From Macrostomum hystrix (Eukaryota; Animalia; Platyhelminthes): a stretch of DNA of 64,000 nucleotides. A program made the translations under genes and the position numbers. Of this stretch, positions 58,359 through 64,000 are shown in pieces. Each line of letters opens with the position of its first letter. Position 1 is the stretch's first letter. The notes beneath the pieces are model-generated. The model was not told where the DNA came from, made no database searches, and was given only the letters and a program-made list of their open reading frames with translations. Location of the stretch: the NCBI GenBank assembly GCA_950097015.1, contig CATNEN010000001.1, forward strand, positions 21,328,001 to 21,392,000, in the 5' to 3' direction.

Positions 58359-61300
58359 TATGTAGGTACATGACATCTAACTTGACATTCGACTAAGCTT
58401 GGCCTATCTTGCTATGCACTGGACCAATTTCAGAGGTTTATCGCATCCGATTTATTATTTTGAGCAGCTATTAGCTTCCCAGAGGGATACCGCGAGAGAT
58501 TGAAATCTAATCCAATCTATCGAAGTATCCGTCAGGTACTGACACGGATCGCCACGTGAAGGCTGCTGCTTGTTTGATCCGCAGTATTCCGTAATTAACG
58601 GTATTTTTAGTCTTAGCTCGTCGCTTGAACTCCTACGGTTATTGTCGCAGGAGGGGGGTCCCAAGTATCGGGCTGAGTTTGCAGATCGTCAAGCGGTGCT
58701 TGATCGATGCGCGGAGTTTCAGGAGTGTTTATCACACTTGGCATGAAACTTTTTTCGGATTGGAAACTCAGACTGAAAACGCGTGGGACCTCAAAAGAGA
58801 GCTAGAGTTGAGGCGATGGCGGTTTTATAAGGTGAAGTGAAGCAAACTAGCTCGGCATAGCTCAGACGAGATGCCTGCACAATAGTACAGCTCAAGCTAC
58901 AGACCTGCGATCGATATAAGGTGTCTGCAGAGATCGCCATGGCAACTGAGATGGCGTTGAATTGCAGGATGAAAACCAACTGCTCCTGTGCGCATGCAGC
59001 CGCCCTTCACCACCCCTTTGATATAACTCTCATTGTACATGATTGCTAGACTTTGGAGAGACAGAAATAGAATGCCTAAAGCCATTCACAATTCTGCTGC
59101 TTATTATTATTGGCTGCATGCTACGGGAGTGGAATTGAGATTTTACCTTCACGCTTCTCTGTCGTGGTACATGTATGAGCGGAACTAGTCTAGAAGTACT
59201 ATAGGTATAGAGCCTAAGAGATTAAATTTAGTACGTGACGTTGAGTAGTTGTTAATCGTTAAGTGTTAATTAATATGTAGCAAAAATACAATAATTGAGG
59301 TAGAATTCGCACATAATGAAGATCATTGATGAAAGATACAAAGATACAAAGTGGCTAGCGAAAGGTGCGTTTTAAATAGGCAATAAAACTCCACTTGCCC
59401 TGTACGACTTGTTTATCTTTGTTTGAAGGTGCTTAGTCTAGCAAAACGATTCGATTAATATATAATAGATATTTATATATAACATTCACTAATTTGCCTG
59501 TAAAGCCAATCGTTTATACATGGTAAACATTTCATGGTCTTCTTAAAACCAAGAAGTCGCTAAGATCATCTCTAAGTACGAGCCAGAGTCCTAGTATTTT
59601 GATTTACAAGTCTGAACATAAAATTAAGTACATTCAAACCTTTTGCATACAGTTAAGTTTGCATACGTTTGTCTACATACAACGCATATAACTATACGTA
59701 CTAGTTCTAGCATACATAGATTAAGTACATTTATATTCATTTTCTCTTAGCAGCTAGTTCGACTCAGCTTCCAGCTGCATACCTGATACGTCAATTTCGG
59801 GGTTCATTAGCCTCATTAGTTTCGGGCAAACATAGCAGCGATTTGGGCTCCTTTTGGTGACCTGACCTGGATAACATGCGGAAAAACTTTTCCGAAGCTA
59901 ATACGTAAAGAAAGATATAACGCTCGTAAGTAGTGGCATCGAGAAAAGAACTTGGACAGAGAAGGCGGGACAATAAGTACATAAGTGAATATGATCATTC
60001 TAGAGCTTTCGTAGGATAAGCTTGCTTCTCACTCCTAATCCTATCTTATTCTTAGCAGTAATTTTTTGCTACAACGCAAGCTTTTGCGCTGGAGCAGAAT
60101 GTTAGAAACAATTTTGAGATACGAATTTAAATCCATTTCTTTACGGAATGTAAGAAAGAAATGGTATATTCAAAACATTATCGGGTTTTAATATTTGCTT
60201 TTTGCTATCAGCTTAAAGCACCAAGTTTCTCGAAAAATATAACCTTGTTTTACCCTTTAAAAAAATCTAGACAAAAATTTCAAAATTCGAATTAGTTTGA
60301 AATTTCTTGTTTCGTGGAAATCGCTTAGTGTCTCTGTACACCGAATTATGTAGACTTCACAAAAAGACAATATGTATGAATTTACTTTACTCTAAAATCT
60401 GAATTCCATTACATATAATTTTTTAAGCAGAATTCTTTTTTATTAACTACGAAGCTATTATAGTGCAAGCATACGTTTTTTACTTTACTCTTTCTGGGAG
60501 TGAGCCAGCTTAAAATGTGTCACGATTGTTTATGATGCTCGTTACAATTCACACAATGAAATGCTCATACTTATTTGTTTTGTACTCAGATATGTCCTTT
60601 AGTTATAGACCTATATTTTTCCATGTTGTTTGTCCTAATTTAGTAGTATTCATATTTTTTCTGTTCTTTACAATACATTCTTGAGTCAACAAAGTATTTA
60701 GGCATAGATAATATCTTGCTAAGAGTTTTGCAAAGTTACTGGAACTAATGCAAAGTAATAGGGCTTAGGCCAAAAATCTTACCAAAGGTTTACCATTTCG
60801 GTTTTTTGTAGCAGCAAATTTTAGTTTTAGCAATGTTTATCTGTATAACCATAGCTCCTCATTTAAATGCAAACAAAAATATTTATTATATTCTCACATG
60901 AGTCTAAAATAATAATATTTATGTAGCCTACTAGCCTAGGTGCCCTATGAATGTTAAAGCGTTTTATAAATTTTCTAATAGCCACTTGGCACCTAAATTT
61001 TGTTATAATCTTTAGTTGTATAACGTCTAAAACTTGTACTTTTTTAATATGTACTGGTGAATATAGTTTCTCTCTAGTGTTGTCATATGATTGTGTAGGG
61101 GGTTTGGTTTCCCAAAAAGGTGAGAGTGAGGTGGTGGTTTTCTTTTTATTGATTGTCAATGAGAACATGAGCATAAAGTATTGAAATAAATGATTTCAAT
61201 GGTGGCTCTATATTTATAGATGAAAACATGCATTTCTGATAAGTTCTGGAAAAATGCAGGAGTTTTAACAAAACTGGTGTAATATATATTTTTTAACTTT

Positions 61301-61634
61301 TATATTGTAGAGCATGGTGATGTTATTTACATGAATGATATTTGATTATAGTTATTATGTGCTTTACAGATCAAATGTTCTTAGAGTGGAAGTTTCTGGA
61401 AAAATATAAAAACCTCAATTTGTCGTTTTTTATGGCAAATTTACTGGAATGGCAAGTATAGTACAATGGAAGGTCATGATAAGACGCTACAATTGTATGT
61501 TAGTTGTGTGTCAGTAAAACATGTAAATTACAATTTTGTTTCAGTGTTTGCTCAGAGACACCCTTAGTGATAGCGACTTGATTGCTTTAGACAGTAGCTA
61601 AAAACAGCTTTAAGCACCAACCCTGACCTCTGGA

Positions 61635-62737
61635 ATGGACCGGCCACCGTCACCAACTGTGCCAGCTGAGCGTGTCAACCTGCGCCTACTGCTAGTCACT
61701 GGGGAGACCCATAATTTCCTATTTAATCCGGATGATTGCGCTGAAGAGATCACCGAGTTTGTGTATAATAACTGGCCTGAAGGTGAGGTTACACTTACCT
61801 GAAACCTTAGGGCAGCTTCAATAATATGCTTTTTAAAAATTTAGGTCTGCTTTTCCTCTGAATCTTCAGCTCTCATCTCTCCCTGAATCCTCTGCTCCCA
61901 CCTGTCTCCCTCAGGTTCTCTCCTCCCAGTATCAATATTTTGAAAGACTAGGGCTTGCAATCAAGTACCATTATTTGTCTTTATTCCTCTACTTCTGAAA
62001 AAATCCCTAAATTTATTTTAATAGATTGGTCGCAGGTGCCGCGCCCAGCATCCAACATTTTGCGCCTCATCTACCAGGGCAGATTTCTTCACAGGAGCGT
62101 GACATTGGCAGCGCTGCGACTGCCGGTGGGCAAGACCACCGTCATGCATTTAGTTGCTAGGGAAACTGCGCCAGAGCCTCACAGAGAAGGTAAGTTCCTA
62201 GACAAATCAGAGACTGATGGTGGATGATGACCAATCAGAGACTGATGGTGGGTGATGACTAATCAGAGACTGGTGGTGGGTGGTGACCAACCAGAGACTG
62301 ATGGGGGGTTATGACCAATCAGAGACTGATGGTGGGTGAATGCCAATCAGACTGATGAGACTGATGGAGGGTGATGACCAATCAGAGACTGATGGTGGGT
62401 GAATGCCAATCAGAGACTGATGGTGGCTGATGACCAATCAGAGACTAATGGTTGGTGATGACCAATCAAAGACTAATGGTGGGTGATGACCAATCAGAGA
62501 CTGATGGTGGGTGATGACTAATCAGGTACTGATGGTGGGTATGACCAATCAGGTACTGATGGTGGGTGATGACCAATCAGAGACTGGTGGTGGGTAATTG
62601 ATGTTTTGTTTTTTGCTCTGGCCCAAGCGCGCATCATGCAAACGAGCGAAAATTGATTTTCAGGTGAGAATGGACGCGGTAAAAATGGCGACTCGGGATG
62701 CTGCAGCTGCTGCACATGCTGCTGCACGCTACTATAA
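61635..62737 (+). CDS. UBL3: Ubiquitin-like protein 3 (membrane-anchored ubiquitin fold); exons 61635-61782, 62025-62189, 62664-62737
   Basis: MDRPPSPTVPAERVNLRLLLVTGETHNFLFNPDDCAEEITEFVYNNWPEDWSQVPRPASNILRLIYQGRFLHRSVTLAALRLPVGKTTVMHLVARETAPEPHREGENGRGKNGDSGCCSCCTCCCTLL*; GT-AG phase 1 introns; CAAX terminus. Confidence 0.96.
62203..62595. repeat. ~28-29 nt CCAAT-containing minisatellite in UBL3 intron 2
   Basis: Unit gatgaccaatcagagactgatggtgggt. Confidence 0.9.
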
Positions 62738-64000
62738 TTATAAGCTGTGCACTTTTATTATTGACTTTGACAATTGATGTCTATCGATCTTTTTAGGAGT
62801 ATGTTGTGTCTGGTTTATCGGACGTTGTTTGTACACGTTAAAAACGTTGAAATAAATATGCGTTTCAAACTAAGTCAGCAAAACAAATATATAGTTTTTT
62901 ATTGTGTTTTTTCGAGTCGCGATTTCAGTTTAATTCTCTTGTGTACACAAAGCAGTGTGTGTATTGCGTCTTTATGCTCCTAACTTCGTGTTTTGCGCTA
63001 GATTTTTGTTAAAAAATTATATAAGTTATTGATTTAGTTTTTAAGTGTTTTTTTCATTGGTTCTGCTTTCAGTTGTTCTAACTGTTGTTTGCTAGCAATT
63101 AATGTGCTTGCTATACTACTTGTATTCGCTTCAGTAGTAGTTGCTACCGATTGCTTTTGCTGCGCACAGTGTCAATTTTACCTAATGAAACCGAAATTGA
63201 TTTTCTCTTCATGGAGCACAGATAGAATAGAATAGTTTTGATTACTTTTTGGATTAACTTATTAGATTCATTAATTTAATTTGAAACTGCAGCTGTACAT
63301 TGCTGTGACTATGTGCATTGTACACAAATGTACATTATATGTACTCAAATAAAAAGTAATATATCGTATCGAATTGCCTAACAATTACTATTTTGTCTTA
63401 TTATCCATGTACATTAATGTCAGAATTCTTTATCTTTTATCGCAAATTACTTATTATATTTGAATCTCAAATGACTTAATCAAAATCCGATCTCTTCTCT
63501 TGAGATCAATGACTGTCGCATCTTTTTTATTTCACTGCAAATTCAGCTGTTTGTTTTTTGTCCTTTTTATGTGTAAACACATTCTCGTGTTTTCGGCCCC
63601 TACTGCCTACTTACAAATCAGTAGTATGAATTCTTTCTTTTCTTAAAAATTTACACTATTAGGAATAGGCTTCTACCTGTAAGGCATTGCACACCTGTCT
63701 TTCAGTTAAATCAAAGAATTGGGTCGATTCGGTAGTTACAGGTATGCCATCTCAAACGCAGTGGCGTAAATTGAGATTAGAACAGTATATCCATCTATTA
63801 AATAGATAGCCTGCACATTGTTATTTGTAATGTTCTTTTTGTGTAAATTATTGTATCATCCAATAAAGTGACCATTCGTTTCTGTCTATGATATATATAT
63901 ATTGTTGCGTTCTGCGAACATATTTATATTGTCCAATTGTCAAGTGTAATTATAGCACGATTTTGACTAATATAGTTATGCAGAAAAATGTTTAGATTTA

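Noticed and set aside
58440-59090. Moderately GC-rich island with several short ORFs
   Set aside because: No consistent frame or recognisable motif.

Overview
Eukaryotic (metazoan) genomic DNA, not prokaryotic. It has GT-AG spliced genes, poly-Q/poly-A-rich proteins, a 7SL RNA gene and many intronic 16-46 nt minisatellites. The style suggests a free-living flatworm such as Macrostomum, but that is inference only. Genes reconstructed by hand, several missed or fragmented in the ORF track: an eLOTUS (TDRD5/TDRD7-like) first coding exon at the left edge (-), C9orf78/TLS1 (-), synaptobrevin/VAMP with two alternative C-terminal exons (-), a CXXC-less thioredoxin-fold gene (+), a nuclear receptor with a divergent P-box (+), an orphan class A GPCR (+) whose intron holds a full-length 7SL gene, an intronless KChIP-like gene (-) and UBL3 (+). 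Mobile DNA: a head-to-tail Helitron dimer carrying a nested hAT MITE, a LINE 3' remnant and five copies of a tRNA-derived SINE. The most unusual signal is three histone-mRNA-type stem-loops with no histone gene; on the opposite strand each lies just upstream of a 3' splice site, a 13-21 nt micro-exon and a GTRAG donor.
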